A stretch of 64,000 nt of DNA from an uncultured Actinomycetes bacterium (GCA_963775755.1 CAVZKB010000015.1:14380-78379), one strand, 5' to 3'. Counted from the stretch's first letter, positions 37,548-52,607 are shown. The notes: a model not told the origin generated them from the sequence alone. Translations and numbers: made by a program.

Positions 37548-38699
37548 ATGCGCGTCCTGGTGGCTCCCGACAAGTTCCGCGGCACGCTCACGGCGCGCCA
37601 GGCCGCGGAGGCGGTGGCGTCGGGGTGGCGGCGGGCCCGCCCCGAGGACCGTCTGGACCTCGCGCCGATGGCCGACGGCGGGGAGGGCACGATGACGGCC
37701 CTCGTCGACGCGCTGGGCGGCCAGGTGGTTCGCGTCGCGGTGACCGGCCCGCGCGGCGATCAGGTGGAGGCCGAGTACGGGATCGCGGAAGGGGCCGAGG
37801 GCCGCCTCGCGATCGTCGAGATGGCTTCCGCCTCCGGCCTCGCATTGCTCTCGCCGTCTCGCATGGATCCGCGATTGACCACGACACGGGGAACCGGCGA
37901 GCTGATCCTGGCGGCGCTCGAGCACGCGCCCAGCAGGCTGATCGTCGGCTCGGGCGGGAGCGCCACGAACGACGGGGGAGCGGGGATGGCGCAGGCGCTG
38001 GGCGTGCGCCTGCTGGACGAGCAGGGGAGGGAGCTCGGGGCAGGTGGCGCGACGTTGGCCGCCTTGTCCCGCATCGACGCGACCGGGCTCGACCGGCGCT
38101 TGCGAGGCGTCACCTGTGTGGCGGCGACGGACGTGGACAATCCGCTCATCGGACCCTCCGGCGCGAGCGTGGTGTACGGGCCGCAGAAAGGCGCTTCCGC
38201 GGACGACGTGGTCGTGCTCGATCGTGCTCTCGCGCACCTGGCAGCGGTCGTGGAGCGCGACCTCGGGGTCGACCTGCGGGACGAGCCCGGGGCGGGTGCG
38301 GCGGGAGGCTTGGGGTTCGGTCTGATGGCGTTCCTCGGCGCGCGCATCCGGCCCGGTGTCGACGTGGTGGCCGACGCGCTCGGGCTGCCGTCGCGCGTGG
38401 CGGCGGCCGATCTGGCCATCACGGGCGAGGGAAGGCTGGACGGGCAATCGCTCCGCGGCAAGACCCCTGCCGGGATCCTCCGTCTGGGTCGCGAGCTTTC
38501 GGTCCCCGTGGTCATCGTCTGCGGTGAGGCGGAGGAGGGGCTCCGGGTGGACGGGGCGCGGGTGGTATCTCTGGTGGCGCGGTTCGGGCGCGAGGACGCG
38601 CTCGGCGAAGCGCGCCGGTCGCTGGAGCGTTTGGCGGAGGAGCTCGCGGGACGCGCCGACGAGCTGGTGACCAACGATCGGGAGGAAGGGCAGTCGTGA
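37548..38699 (+). CDS. Glycerate kinase
   Basis: 383 aa. MRVLVAPDKFRGTL, PMADGGEGT and GGSATNDGGAGM. ATG lies 7 nt after TAGCAT (leaderless-type). Confidence 0.9.
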   Translation: MRVLVAPDKFRGTLTARQAAEAVASGWRRARPEDRLDLAPMADGGEGTMTALVDALGGQVVRVAVTGPRGDQVEAEYGIAEGAEGRLAIVEMASASGLALLSPSRMDPRLTTTRGTGELILAALEHAPSRLIVGSGGSATNDGGAGMAQALGVRLLDEQGRELGAGGATLAALSRIDATGLDRRLRGVTCVAATDVDNPLIGPSGASVVYGPQKGASADDVVVLDRALAHLAAVVERDLGVDLRDEPGAGAAGGLGFGLMAFLGARIRPGVDVVADALGLPSRVAAADLAITGEGRLDGQSLRGKTPAGILRLGRELSVPVVIVCGEAEEGLRVDGARVVSLVARFGREDALGEARRSLERLAEELAGRADELVTNDREEGQS

Positions 38700-39166
38700 G
38701 CGGAGCGATCGACCGTTTCATGGAAGCCGCACGCACCGAGGGCATCGAACCCGACGTGCGAAGGTTCCCGGAGGGCACGAAGACGGCGAACGACGCCGCT
38801 CGGGCGATCGGGTGCGACGTCGGCCAGATCGTGAAGTCGCTGGTCTTCATGGCCGACGACCGTCCGATCATGGCGTTCACCAGCGGCGCGAACAGGGTCG
38901 ACGAGCGCAAGCTCGCAGGCCTCGTCGGGGCGCAGGAAGTCCGGCGGGCCACGCCAGAGGAGGCGCGGTCCGCCACCGGGTTCGCGGTGGGAGGCACGCC
39001 GCCGTTCGGCCACCCCGAGCGGCTCACGTGCCTGGTGGATCACGACCTGCTCACGTGGGACGAGATCTGGGCCGCAGCCGGCACGCCGGACGCGGTCTTC
39101 CCGCTCACGCCGGCGGACCTGCTCCGCGTGACCGGGGCGGCCCCGTCCTCGTTCGCGGCGAACTGA
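38696..39166 (+). CDS. YbaK/EbsC-family aminoacyl-tRNA editing domain protein
   Basis: 156 aa. KSLVF, GFAVGGTPPFGH and IWAAAGTP motifs. Start overlaps the glycerate kinase stop. Confidence 0.8.
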   Translation: MSGAIDRFMEAARTEGIEPDVRRFPEGTKTANDAARAIGCDVGQIVKSLVFMADDRPIMAFTSGANRVDERKLAGLVGAQEVRRATPEEARSATGFAVGGTPPFGHPERLTCLVDHDLLTWDEIWAAAGTPDAVFPLTPADLLRVTGAAPSSFAAN

Positions 39167-39199
39167 AGGGCGGAACCCGGCTCACCGCCGTTCGGCGGT

Positions 39200-39205
39200 T
39201 ACAAT
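39200..39205 (+). promoter_or_regulatory. -10 hexamer TACAAT upstream of erpA
   Basis: Perfect TACAAT immediately after a GC hairpin (ACCGCC-GTTC-GGCGGT). The erpA ATG at 39247 has SD GGAGG. Confidence 0.4.
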
Positions 39206-39246
39206 CCATGGCGTCCGCACGTTCCGCCACCGCACCGGAGGAACCG

Positions 39247-39567
39247 ATGATCAGTCTGACCGAGAACGCAGCCGGCAAGGTCAAAGAGCTCCTCACCGAA
39301 GAAGGTCGCGACGACATCGCGCTCCGGATCGCCGTTCAACCCGGTGGGTGCTCGGGGCTCCGCTACGCCATGTACCTCGACGACCAGGTCACCGAGAAGG
39401 ACCAGACCGAGGAGCAGTTCGGCGTCCGCCTGGTGATCGACAAGATGAGCGTGCCCTACCTGAGCCAGGCCACCATCGATTTCGTCGACTCCCTCGAAGC
39501 TTCGGGGTTCACGATCGACAACCCCGCCGCGCAGAGCTCCTGCGCCTGCGGCAGCTCCTTCCACTGA
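39247..39567 (+). CDS. erpA: A-type Fe-S cluster carrier (HesB/IscA/ErpA family)
   Basis: 106 aa. GGCSGLRY and C-terminal SSCACGSSF cluster ligands. Confidence 0.9.
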   Translation: MISLTENAAGKVKELLTEEGRDDIALRIAVQPGGCSGLRYAMYLDDQVTEKDQTEEQFGVRLVIDKMSVPYLSQATIDFVDSLEASGFTIDNPAAQSSCACGSSFH

Positions 39568-39658
39568 GCCCGGTCGCGCCGGGCTGAGCCTCACCGGGCT
39601 TCGCCTGTCGAGGGCATACCCTTCGTTCCGTGCGTCCAGGAGCGAAGGGAGAGCACCG

Positions 39659-40096
39659 ATGAGCAGCCGACCGATCGTCAGAGCCAGCACCCATCCCGGC
39701 CTGCAGCACCACGCGATCTTGCGGCATCGCGATCTGCAGAGCCGCATCGCGGACCGGATCACGCAGTTCGCCGGGTCCATGGTGTTCGTCTACGTCCACG
39801 TGGCGTGGTTCGGGCTCTGGATCGGCCTCCGCGTCGAGAAGTACCCGTTCGGCCTGCTCACGATGATCGTGTCGCTCGAGGCCATCTTCCTCTCGACGTT
39901 CGTGATGATCAGCCAGAACCGCGCCGACGAGAAGCGGCAGGTCCTGGCCGATCAGGAGTGGAAGTTCGTCCAGGCCGAGGAGAAGCAGAACGAGGAGTTG
40001 CTGTCACTGTCCAAGCAGATCCTCGATCTCACGACGGCCATCCACAGGATGGCCTCGCAACTGCCGCCGGCGGCGGGGACGGCGCCGATCAACTAG
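39659..40096 (+). CDS. DUF1003 membrane protein
   Basis: 145 aa with two TM helices. Characteristic block LEAIFLSTFVMISQNRADEKRQVLADQEWK. Confidence 0.75.
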   Translation: MSSRPIVRASTHPGLQHHAILRHRDLQSRIADRITQFAGSMVFVYVHVAWFGLWIGLRVEKYPFGLLTMIVSLEAIFLSTFVMISQNRADEKRQVLADQEWKFVQAEEKQNEELLSLSKQILDLTTAIHRMASQLPPAAGTAPIN

Positions 40097-40117
40097 CCGA
40101 GCCGATCAACTAGCCGA
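40084..40117. repeat. Perfect 17-bp tandem duplication (GCCGATCAACTAGCCGA x2)
   Basis: Copy 1 (40084-40100) carries the DUF1003 stop TAG. Copy 2 (40101-40117) carries the complementary-strand stop of the aminotransferase. Confidence 0.95.
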
Positions 40118-41357
40118 CGGCGTCGAGCGCAGAGCCGACGCCTGCCGCGATCTCGCGGAGCTCCTCGGCGTCGATCACCAGGGCGGGCGAGATCTGCAGC
40201 GCACCGGGCGCCAACGCGCGCGTGAGCAGGCCGGCCTCGCGACACGCGGCGACCGTCCTGCCGGGCAGCGCGGGATCGTCGGCGAGCGCCGTGGGAGCCA
40301 GCTGGACCGCCCCCAGGACGCCTGCGGAGCGGACCTCGCTCACCAGGGGGTGCGCCGCGAGCGGCGCCAGCGCTTCGGCCAGCTCCGTCTCGAGCATCCG
40401 CGCCCGTTCACACAACCCCTCGCGCTCCAGGATGTCCATGTTTGCGAGCGCCGCGGCCGACGCCGCGGCGTGTCCCGAGTACGTGTAGCCGTGACGCCAG
40501 ACGCCGGCACCCTCCGCCCAGAAGGGTTCGGCGATCCATGGGGCCGCGATCGTCGCGCCCATTGGCAGGTAGCCGCTGGTGATGCCCTTCGCGCACGTGA
40601 TGATGTCGGGTTCGAGCTCCCAGCGCCCGCTCGCGAACCACGCGCCGCAGCGACCGAAGCCGGTGATGACCTCGTCGGCCACGAACAGCACGCCGGTCTC
40701 GCGGCAGACCGAGCGGGCGGCCGACAGGTAGCCGTCGGGAGCGGGGTACACGCCGCCCGCGCCGATCACGGGCTCGCAGAAGAACGCGGCGACCTTGTCC
40801 GCCCCGACCTCGTCGATCGTGGCGCGGAGATCGTCCGCGTCGTCCCAGCGCACCTGGAGCACGTCTTCGATCAGGTCGCCGTGACCGGCCGCGTTGGCAG
40901 GGATGCCCGCCAGGCTGGTGCCCGCCGTGTGCATGCCGTGGTACGCGCGCTCGCGACGGATCAAGATCGTCCGATCCGGTTGTCCGACGAGCTGCCAGAA
41001 CCGGCGCGCCATCTTCGTTGCGGTGTCGATCGAGTCGGAGCCGCCGCTCGTCAGGAACACGCGACTGTCCGTGACCGGCGCCAACGACGAGACCCGTTCG
41101 GCCAGTTCGGAGGCCGGGCGGTTCGAGAAGTCGCCGAACGTGGAGTACGCGGGGAGCGCCGTCATCTGCGCTGCCACGGCGTCGGCGATGTCCCGGCGTC
41201 CGAAGCCGACGTTCGCGAACCAGAGCCCGGCAGTCGCATCCAGGTACCGGCGACCCGACTCGTCCCATACGCGCACACCATCTCCGCGCACGAGGACGAG
41301 CTCACCGTGTGTGGACACCGAGGCCATGTCGGCGAACGGGTGCCAGAAGTGGGCCAT
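40110..41357 (-). CDS. Class III (omega-type) PLP-dependent aminotransferase
   Basis: N-terminus MAHFWHPFADM, PLP-lysine context DIITCAKGITSGYLPMGA. ATG 41357 is preceded by TAGCCT (41370-41365) at 7 nt. The longer ORF to 41537 would overlap metH. Confidence 0.85.
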   Translation of the reverse strand: MAHFWHPFADMASVSTHGELVLVRGDGVRVWDESGRRYLDATAGLWFANVGFGRRDIADAVAAQMTALPAYSTFGDFSNRPASELAERVSSLAPVTDSRVFLTSGGSDSIDTATKMARRFWQLVGQPDRTILIRRERAYHGMHTAGTSLAGIPANAAGHGDLIEDVLQVRWDDADDLRATIDEVGADKVAAFFCEPVIGAGGVYPAPDGYLSAARSVCRETGVLFVADEVITGFGRCGAWFASGRWELEPDIITCAKGITSGYLPMGATIAAPWIAEPFWAEGAGVWRHGYTYSGHAAASAAALANMDILEREGLCERARMLETELAEALAPLAAHPLVSEVRSAGVLGAVQLAPTALADDPALPGRTVAACREAGLLTRALAPGALQISPALVIDAEELREIAAGVGSALDAVG

Positions 41358-41424
41358 GCGGCCGAGGCTACCAGCGGCGACGTCGGCGGTCGTGTGGACG
41401 GAACGTCCCGACGGGCGCGCCCGG

Positions 41425-45060
<3,636 letters not shown>

Positions 45061-45156
45061 CCTATGGCGCCGGGAACGCGATGACCAACGGTCACCTGTG
45101 CGCGTGTCGGCCCGGATGCGGCCGCGCAGTTCTCGCGCTCGGACCGCCGCTGAGGG

Positions 45157-45162
45157 TAGGCT
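45157..45162 (+). promoter_or_regulatory. -10 hexamer TAGGCT for a leaderless cNMP-binding protein transcript
   Basis: GGGTAGGCT lies 7 nt upstream of ATG 45170, with no SD. Confidence 0.4.
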
Positions 45163-45169
45163 TCGCCCG

Positions 45170-45673
45170 ATGTCTCAGAGCATTCCCGAGATGGTGCTGC
45201 AGGGTCGCCGGCGCGGAACGGGCGGTCGCCAGCCGGAGCAGCGGATCCGTCGCACGCGTCATGAGACCGCGCTGGCGCTCTCCGTCGTCCCGCTGTTCGC
45301 CGGGTTCACGAAGCGAGACCTCAACCGGCTCGCGGAGGAGACCGACGTCGTGTCGTTCCCTGAAGGGTCGACGATCGTCGAGGAGGGCCTGCTCGGCGAG
45401 ACGATGTTCGTGGTCCTTTCGGGGGAGGCCAAGGTGGTGAAGGGCACGCGGCGCCTGGGGACGATGCGGCCGGGCGACTTCTTCGGCGAGGTCGCCCTGC
45501 TGGACGGCGCGCCCCGCAGCGCGTCGGTCGTCGCCGAGACGCCCGTCGTGGCGATCCGGCTCTTCCGGCGCACGCTCCTGCGGACGCTCGAGGCCGAGCC
45601 GCAGCTCGCGCTCAAGATCCTCGACACGCTGGTACGCCGGGTGCGGAACCTGACGCGATCGCTCGACGCCTAG
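45170..45673 (+). CDS. Stand-alone cyclic-nucleotide-binding domain protein
   Basis: 167 aa. A single CNB fold ([18 protein letters not shown]) with no recognisable output domain. Confidence 0.8.
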   Translation: MSQSIPEMVLQGRRRGTGGRQPEQRIRRTRHETALALSVVPLFAGFTKRDLNRLAEETDVVSFPEGSTIVEEGLLGETMFVVLSGEAKVVKGTRRLGTMRPGDFFGEVALLDGAPRSASVVAETPVVAIRLFRRTLLRTLEAEPQLALKILDTLVRRVRNLTRSLDA

Positions 45674-46605
45674 CCGGTCAGCGCTCGCTCGATCTCGGCC
45701 AGCGTCTGTGGATCGAGCTCGACGTCGCCGGCTGCCGCGTTGTCCCGGGCGTGGTCAGCGTCGCGGCTGCCGGCGATCGCCGACGTGACGCCGGGCTGGG
45801 CGACGTTCCAGGCGAGCGCGAGCTGGGCCATGGTGATCCCCACGCCCTCGGCGATCGGCCGGAGCGTCTCGACGATCACCAGATCGCGGTCGAGCTTGGC
45901 ATCGGTGAACGGCCCGTCGGCTTCGACCCGGCGCCAGTCCGACGCCGAGACGGCCTGCTCCCGCGAGATCTTCCCGGTCAGCAGGCCGAACCCGAGCGGA
46001 CCGTACGAGACGACACCGGTGCCCTGCTCTCCGCACCACCGGATGAGCTCGCGGTCCTCCAGCGCGAGCATTGAGAACTCTTGTTGCAGCGAGTCCACGT
46101 GTCGGATCGCCTCGCATCGTTCGATGAGGGCCCGGTCGAAGTTCGAGACGCCGATGAACCGCACCTTGCCGGCGTCCTGGAGCTCGCTCATCGCGCCCCA
46201 CGTGTCTTCAACGGGGACGCCGGTCGAGTCGGGCCAGTGCAGCTGGTAGAGGTCGATCACGTCGATGCCGAGACGGTCGAGCGAAGCCTCGCAGCCGGCA
46301 CGGACCTGGTCGGGGCGGAAACCCGAACCTTCGGAGGCGGGTCCGAGCTTGGAGGCGATGAGAACCCGGCCGCGGCGACCGCTGATGGCCCGGCCGACGA
46401 GCCGTTCCGAGACGCCCTTGCCATACACCTCGGCCGTGTCGATCCAGGTCATGCCCGCTTCGAGTCCGGCCCGCATGGCCCCGATCACGGTCTCCTCCGA
46501 CTCGTTGGCGCCCCACATGTCGCCGCCGGCCTCCCACGCACCGAAGCCGATCGTGCTGATCTCGGGGCCCTTCGATCCCAGCCGTCGCATCCGCATGGCA
46601 CCCAC
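45670..46605 (-). CDS. Aldo/keto reductase
   Basis: 311 aa. AKR blocks IDTAEVYG, DLYQLHWPD, IGVSNF. Confidence 0.9.
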   Translation of the reverse strand: MGAMRMRRLGSKGPEISTIGFGAWEAGGDMWGANESEETVIGAMRAGLEAGMTWIDTAEVYGKGVSERLVGRAISGRRGRVLIASKLGPASEGSGFRPDQVRAGCEASLDRLGIDVIDLYQLHWPDSTGVPVEDTWGAMSELQDAGKVRFIGVSNFDRALIERCEAIRHVDSLQQEFSMLALEDRELIRWCGEQGTGVVSYGPLGFGLLTGKISREQAVSASDWRRVEADGPFTDAKLDRDLVIVETLRPIAEGVGITMAQLALAWNVAQPGVTSAIAGSRDADHARDNAAAGDVELDPQTLAEIERALTG

Positions 46606-46730
46606 CCTAGCTCGCAGAACAGACGAACGAACATCGCTCGATACCTGACCCTCGCGCCTGTGGGGTTTACGCTAGACGACCGGAGCACCTTTCACCGATC
46701 CGATCGAGGAAGCAGGCCGAAGCCGCACCG

Positions 46731-48591
46731 ATGCCCCAGATCACCGACCACATCACCGAGAAGACCGTCGAAGAGAGGGACCGCGTCGTCATCCGGTTCG
46801 CCGGCGACTCCGGAGACGGCATGCAGCTGACGGGGGACCGGTTCACGAGCGCCACGGCGGTGCTGGGCAACGACCTGGCGACCCTCCCGGATTTCCCCGC
46901 CGAGATCCGGGCGCCCGCGGGGACCGTCCACGGGGTCTCGGCCTTCCAGATCCAGTTCGGATCGTCCGACATCACGACCCCGGGAGACCACGCCGACGTC
47001 CTGGTCGCGATGAACCCGGCGGCGCTCAGGGCCGACCTGAACAAGGTGATCAAGGGCGGCACCGTGATCGTCAACGAGGATGCGTTCACGCCCCGGAACA
47101 TCGACAAGGCGGGGTTCGTCTCCGACCCGATGAACGACGGCACGCTCGACGGCTACAGCGTCTACAAGGTACCGATGACCTCGGTCACGGTCCGTGCCAC
47201 CGAGTCCATCGGGATCGGCAAGAAAGAGTCCGAGCGGGCGAAGAACATGTTCGCGCTCGGACTCCTGTCGTGGATGTACGGTCGCCCGCCCGAGACGACG
47301 CTCAACTGGCTCGAGCGGAAGTTCGGCGACAAGCACGAGATCTTCGACGCCAACGTGGCCGCGTTCAAGGCGGGCTACAACTTCGGCGAAACGACCGAGC
47401 TGTTCGCGCACTCGTACCTGGTGAAAGCGGCGCCCGCCGAGCCCGGCACCTACCGGAACATCGCCGGCGCGACGGCGCTGTCGTGGGGACTCGTTGCCGC
47501 CGGCGCCCGCAGTGGACTGCCCCTGTTCTACGCGAGCTATCCCATCACGCCGGCTTCCGAGCTGCTGCATGAGCTGGCGCGCCACAAGAACTTCGGCGTC
47601 ATGACGCTGCAGGCCGAAGACGAGATCGCGGCCGTGAACATGGCGCTCGGAGCGTCGTTCGCCGGCCATCTCGCGGTCACCGGGACCAGCGGGCCGGGCA
47701 TGGACCTGAAGGCCGAGACGCTGGGACTCGCGGTGATCATGGAACTGCCGATGGTCATCGTGGACGTTCAGCGCGGCGGCCCGTCCACCGGGTTGCCGAC
47801 CAAGACGGAGCAGAGCGACCTGCTGCTCGCCATGTTCGGCCGCCACGGTGAGTCGCCGTTGCCGATCGTGGCCGCGTCCTCGCCCTCCGATTGCTTCGAC
47901 ACGGCCATCGAGGCGGCGCGCATCGCCGTCACCTATCGCACGCCCGTGGTCGTGCTCTCGGACACGTTCCTTTCGAACTCGTCGGAGCCGTGGTTGATCC
48001 CCGACGTCGACTCGCTCCCGACGATCGAACCGCGGTTCGCCGCGACGCCGTCGAACGGCGACGCGTTCTTCCCGTACGAGCGCGACGAGAAGCTCGCGCG
48101 CCCGTGGGCGACGCCGGGCACGCCCGGGTTGGTGCACCGCATCGGTGGTCTGGAACGCCAGGACCGAACCGGCAACATCAGCTACGACCCGTTGAACCAC
48201 GAGCGCATGACCGAGCTGCGGGCGGCGAAGGTCGCCGGCATCGCGAGCGACATCCCGCTCCTCGAGGTCGACGATCCGGACGGCGACGCCGACCTGTTGA
48301 TCCTGGCGTGGGGCTCGTCGCTCGGGACGGTCCGGGCGGCCGCGCGGCGCGTGCGGGCCGACGGACGCGCGGTGGCCACGGCCCACCTCCGCCACCTGAA
48401 CCCGTTCCCGCTGAACACGGGCGACGTCGTCAGGTCCTATCGGAAGGTCTTGATCCCCGAGATGAACTCCGGGCAGCTGTCCACGCTGATCCGGGCGCGG
48501 TTCCTGGTGGACGCCATCAGCTTCACGAAGGTCCAGGGCATCCCGATCCTCGCGGACGACCTGGAGCAGGAGGTCCTGCGGGTGTTGGACC

Positions 48592-48599
<8 letters not shown>
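46731..48599 (+). CDS. korA: 2-oxoglutarate/2-oxoacid:ferredoxin oxidoreductase, alpha subunit
   Basis: 622 aa with fused gamma/alpha-type domains (GDSGDGMQLTG, YPITPASE). Confidence 0.9.
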
Positions 48600-49620
<1,021 letters not shown>

Positions 49621-49675
49621 GCGTTCCCCCGGCGGCCGGCAGACCGGGTCGCGTCGGCTCGAGGTGCCGGGGCCC

Positions 49676-50860
49676 TTACGCGTCCGGCGCGCGGAACCTC
49701 GCGAGCGCCTCCGACGACATCGACTCCACATCGCGAAGCTCCTCGACGACCTGCGGCAGGACCTCCAGCAGCGCATCCACGTCGGCCTCCGCCGTGGTGG
49801 GCCCGAGGCTCACGCGGAACCCGGAGGTGTTGGGGAACCCGATCTGTTCCAGCACCGGTGAGGGATCGTCGGGCTGCCCCGAGCAGAGGGATCCCGCTGC
49901 GAGTCGGATCCCGCGATCGTCGAGCGCCATCATCAGCGTCGCCGGGTCGAGGCCTCCGACACTGAAGCAGACGAGGTGCGGGGCGCGATGGGTCGGATGC
50001 CCGTGGACGCGGGCCCCGGGCACCGTATCGGCGATCCGTTCGCGGAGCCGGGCGGTAAGCGTCCAGTCGCGCGCCGCACGATCGGCCATGTCGGCGAGCG
50101 ACGCGGTGAGCGCCGCCGCCATCGAGGCGATCCCGGGCGTGTTCTCCATCCCGGACCGGCGCTTGCGCTCGCGATCGTCACCGCACGGATACGCGGTCAC
50201 TCCCACGCCCCGCCGGACGTAGAGCGCGCCGACACCGGGTGGACCGCCGAACTTGTGCGCCGAGAGGGACAGCAGATCCACGTCCAACGCCTCGACGTCC
50301 ACAGGCAGGCGCCCGACCGTCTGACACGCGTCGGTGTGGAAGCGGACGTGGGACTCCCGGGCGAGGCGCGCGGCCTCGGCCACCTGCTGGAGCGTGCCGA
50401 GCTCGTGGTTCGCGTGCTGGAGGCTCGCGAGCAACGTGCCGGGCGTGCGGACCTCCGCCGCGTATCGGTCCATGTCCAGACGGCCGTCCGCGTCCACCGG
50501 CACCGTCACGACCTCGAAGCCGTCGCTCTCGAGCACGTGGCACACGCCGCCGACCGCGGGATGCTCGGCCGCCCCGACCACGATCCGCGTTCCCAGCTCG
50601 CGGATCGCTCGCACGCCGCCCCAGATCGCGAGCGCGACCGACTCGGTGCCCCCCGAGGTGAAGACGAGCTCGTCCGGCTGCGCGTGGATCGCCGAGGCCA
50701 CCACCGCGCGTGCGTCGTCGATCAGGCGGCGTGCCTCGCGGCCGGGGCCGTGGATGTTCAACGGGTCGCCGAACGAGTCCAGGGCTGCCACGAGCGCGTC
50801 GCGGGCCGCCGGTAGGAGCGGTGTGGCGGACGCCGCGTCGAGGTAGATGTCGCCGGTCAT
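49676..50860 (-). CDS. Cysteine desulfurase (NifS/IscS-like, class V aminotransferase)
   Basis: 394 aa. PLP lysine context [12 protein letters not shown] and a C-terminal catalytic Cys loop (AAGSLCSG). Confidence 0.85.
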   Translation of the reverse strand: MTGDIYLDAASATPLLPAARDALVAALDSFGDPLNIHGPGREARRLIDDARAVVASAIHAQPDELVFTSGGTESVALAIWGGVRAIRELGTRIVVGAAEHPAVGGVCHVLESDGFEVVTVPVDADGRLDMDRYAAEVRTPGTLLASLQHANHELGTLQQVAEAARLARESHVRFHTDACQTVGRLPVDVEALDVDLLSLSAHKFGGPPGVGALYVRRGVGVTAYPCGDDRERKRRSGMENTPGIASMAAALTASLADMADRAARDWTLTARLRERIADTVPGARVHGHPTHRAPHLVCFSVGGLDPATLMMALDDRGIRLAAGSLCSGQPDDPSPVLEQIGFPNTSGFRVSLGPTTAEADVDALLEVLPQVVEELRDVESMSSEALARFRAPDA

Positions 50861-50900
50861 CGCGGACCCAGGCTACCGCCTGTGTCTCCGACGCCGCGTG

Positions 50901-51590
50901 TCAGGGCGTGGCGGGTTCCTTGTCCCGCAGGAACAGGCCCCAGTACGCGACGCCGGCGAGGACGCCGCCCGCGATCGGACCGACGAGCCACACGTACCAG
51001 TCGTCCCAGTGCCCGGACGCGAGCGCCGGACCGAGCCATCGCGCCGGGTTGAGCGCACCGCCGGTCCACGGGCCGATCGCGAGGATGCCGAACGTGAGCG
51101 TGAGTCCGATCGACAGCCCGGCCGTCTTGGCGAACGGACCGCGGTCGTCGACGATCGTGGCGAACACCGCCCAGACGAGGAAGAACGTTCCGACGGCCTC
51201 CAGCAGGATGCCCTTGCCCGACGAGATGCCGTCGCCGAGGGTGGGCACGCCGCCCAGCGCTGCATCGAACGCTTGCGCGGGAACGAGGAACTTCAACAGC
51301 AACGCTGCCGCTGCTGCCCCGACCAGTTGCGCACCCAGGTAGAGCACCGTCCGCGACGACGGCACCTTCCCTGTCACCCAGAGGGCGATCAGGATCGCGG
51401 GGTTGAACACCCCGCCGGAGAGATGCGTCATCTGGGAGACCATGATCGCCATCACCAGGCCCTGGGCCAAGGCGGTCCCCGTCAGGTCGAGCTGCCCGTT
51501 CAGGTAGAGGACGACGGAGCCCGCACCGAAGAAGATCAACGCGAACGTGCCGATGCCCTCCGCGATCGCCGCCTTCGCATCGCCGTCCAC
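50901..51590 (-). CDS. MIP-family aquaporin/aquaglyceroporin
   Basis: 229 aa with six TM segments and two NPA boxes (GGVFNPAIL, GGALNPARW). Confidence 0.9.
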   Translation of the reverse strand: MDGDAKAAIAEGIGTFALIFFGAGSVVLYLNGQLDLTGTALAQGLVMAIMVSQMTHLSGGVFNPAILIALWVTGKVPSSRTVLYLGAQLVGAAAAALLLKFLVPAQAFDAALGGVPTLGDGISSGKGILLEAVGTFFLVWAVFATIVDDRGPFAKTAGLSIGLTLTFGILAIGPWTGGALNPARWLGPALASGHWDDWYVWLVGPIAGGVLAGVAYWGLFLRDKEPATP

Positions 51591-51703
51591 GGGTCCCCCT
51601 CAGGTCGGTCAGCGCCGCGGCGGGCTTCCTCGGAAGCGGCCTGCGGTCGGCCGGAGGGTAGTCCACCGTAGGCGGTCTCGCCAAGGCGCGAAAAGGTGCG
51701 TAG

Positions 51704-51709
51704 TACGAT
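51704..51709 (+). promoter_or_regulatory. -10 hexamer TACGAT for the leaderless pseudo-receiver operon
   Basis: Lies 6 nt upstream of the GTG start at 51716, with no SD. Confidence 0.4.
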
Positions 51710-51715
51710 GCCGCC

Positions 51716-52102
51716 GTGGACGTCCTGCTCGTATCGCCCGATCCTGCGTCGCGCGATCTGATGGCGCTCGCGGTGCGCAGCATCGAACGGCGGATCGGGT
51801 CGCCGCTCCGTTTCCGGGCGGCGGCGAACGGCGAGCTCGGGATACGCGCGGCGCTCCGTGACCGGCCGGAGATCGTCGTGGCCGACGAGATCGCCAGCCG
51901 TGCGGGAGCGTTCGCCCTCGCGAAGGCGCTCCGCGACGACCCGGTGCCGTTCACCGGCGTCATCGTCATCTTGCTGGAGCGCAAGCACGACACGTGGCTC
52001 GCCCGATGGTCGGGCGCGGATGCGTGGTTCGTCCGACCCGTCGATCCGTTCGAGTTGGCGGACCGGGTCCTTGAGCTCGTCACTGAGAAGGAGAGCGCGT
52101 GA
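51716..52102 (+). CDS. Stand-alone receiver-like (CheY-fold) protein with a degenerate active site
   Basis: 128 aa. A conserved Asp position is retained (IVVADE). The T/S position (VIVILLE) and the Lys position (FVRPVDP, Arg instead) are substituted. No output domain. Confidence 0.6.
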   Translation: MDVLLVSPDPASRDLMALAVRSIERRIGSPLRFRAAANGELGIRAALRDRPEIVVADEIASRAGAFALAKALRDDPVPFTGVIVILLERKHDTWLARWSGADAWFVRPVDPFELADRVLELVTEKESA

Positions 52103-52386
52103 AGATCAGAGCAACGTGCAAGCGCGACGGCCGTGACTTCATGGTCGAGCAGGTGATCGCCTCGGGCGGCGAGTGCCCGTGGGACGGCGAGCCGTTCAAC
52201 GCCGACTATGCCGCCACGCTGGTGGACGCGTTGCAGCGGGCCGAGGCCGCTGGTACCGAGCTCGAGATGGCGCTGCAGGTGATCGCAGACCTGCATCCGC
52301 AGTTCCGGCTGCACCTCGACACGGTGATCGGGCCGATCAAGGAGCACATCGAGCGCCTCGACATGCCGCTGGTCCGGCGAGGATAG
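52099..52386 (+). CDS. Hypothetical protein (95 aa), translationally coupled to the receiver-like gene
   Basis: GTG overlaps the upstream stop (GTGA), with SD GAAGGAG. N-terminal C-x18-CPWDG, then a helical region. No family recognised. Confidence 0.5.
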   Translation: MKIRATCKRDGRDFMVEQVIASGGECPWDGEPFNADYAATLVDALQRAEAAGTELEMALQVIADLHPQFRLHLDTVIGPIKEHIERLDMPLVRRG

Positions 52387-52393
52387 GAACTCG

Positions 52394-52597
52394 GTGGACG
52401 ACACCGCCAACGGCTACCGTGTCCGCCTCGCAGATGCGTCGGACGGTTGGCGCGTGGCGATCGAGGATCCGGCAGGCGTCGTCGTGATGGAACGTGTGTG
52501 TGCGGACGGCGCCGAGGCACGCACGTTCGCCTCCACCGTCCGCCAGCACATCTACTGGCTCTCACCGGGAAAGTTCCGCGAGTACTACCGGATCTGA
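52394..52597 (+). CDS. Hypothetical protein (67 aa)
   Basis: GTG lies 8 nt after the previous stop. GC3-rich. No family recognised. Confidence 0.45.
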   Translation: MDDTANGYRVRLADASDGWRVAIEDPAGVVVMERVCADGAEARTFASTVRQHIYWLSPGKFREYYRI

Positions 52598-52607
52598 AAG
52601 GGTCGGC

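Noticed and set aside
39568-39584. GC hairpin GCCCGG-TCGCG-CCGGGC after erpA, and ACCGCC-GTTC-GGCGGT (39184-39199) after the ybaK-like gene, considered as intrinsic terminators.
   Set aside because: Neither has a T-rich tail. They may still act as terminators in a high-GC host, but the sequence alone does not support a confident call.
45061-45169. Possible cobalamin or SAM riboswitch upstream of metH.
   Set aside because: The 109-nt interval is too short for a B12 element, and I see no B12-box or SAM-aptamer core strings. The interval is also occupied by the divergent promoter of the cNMP-binding gene.
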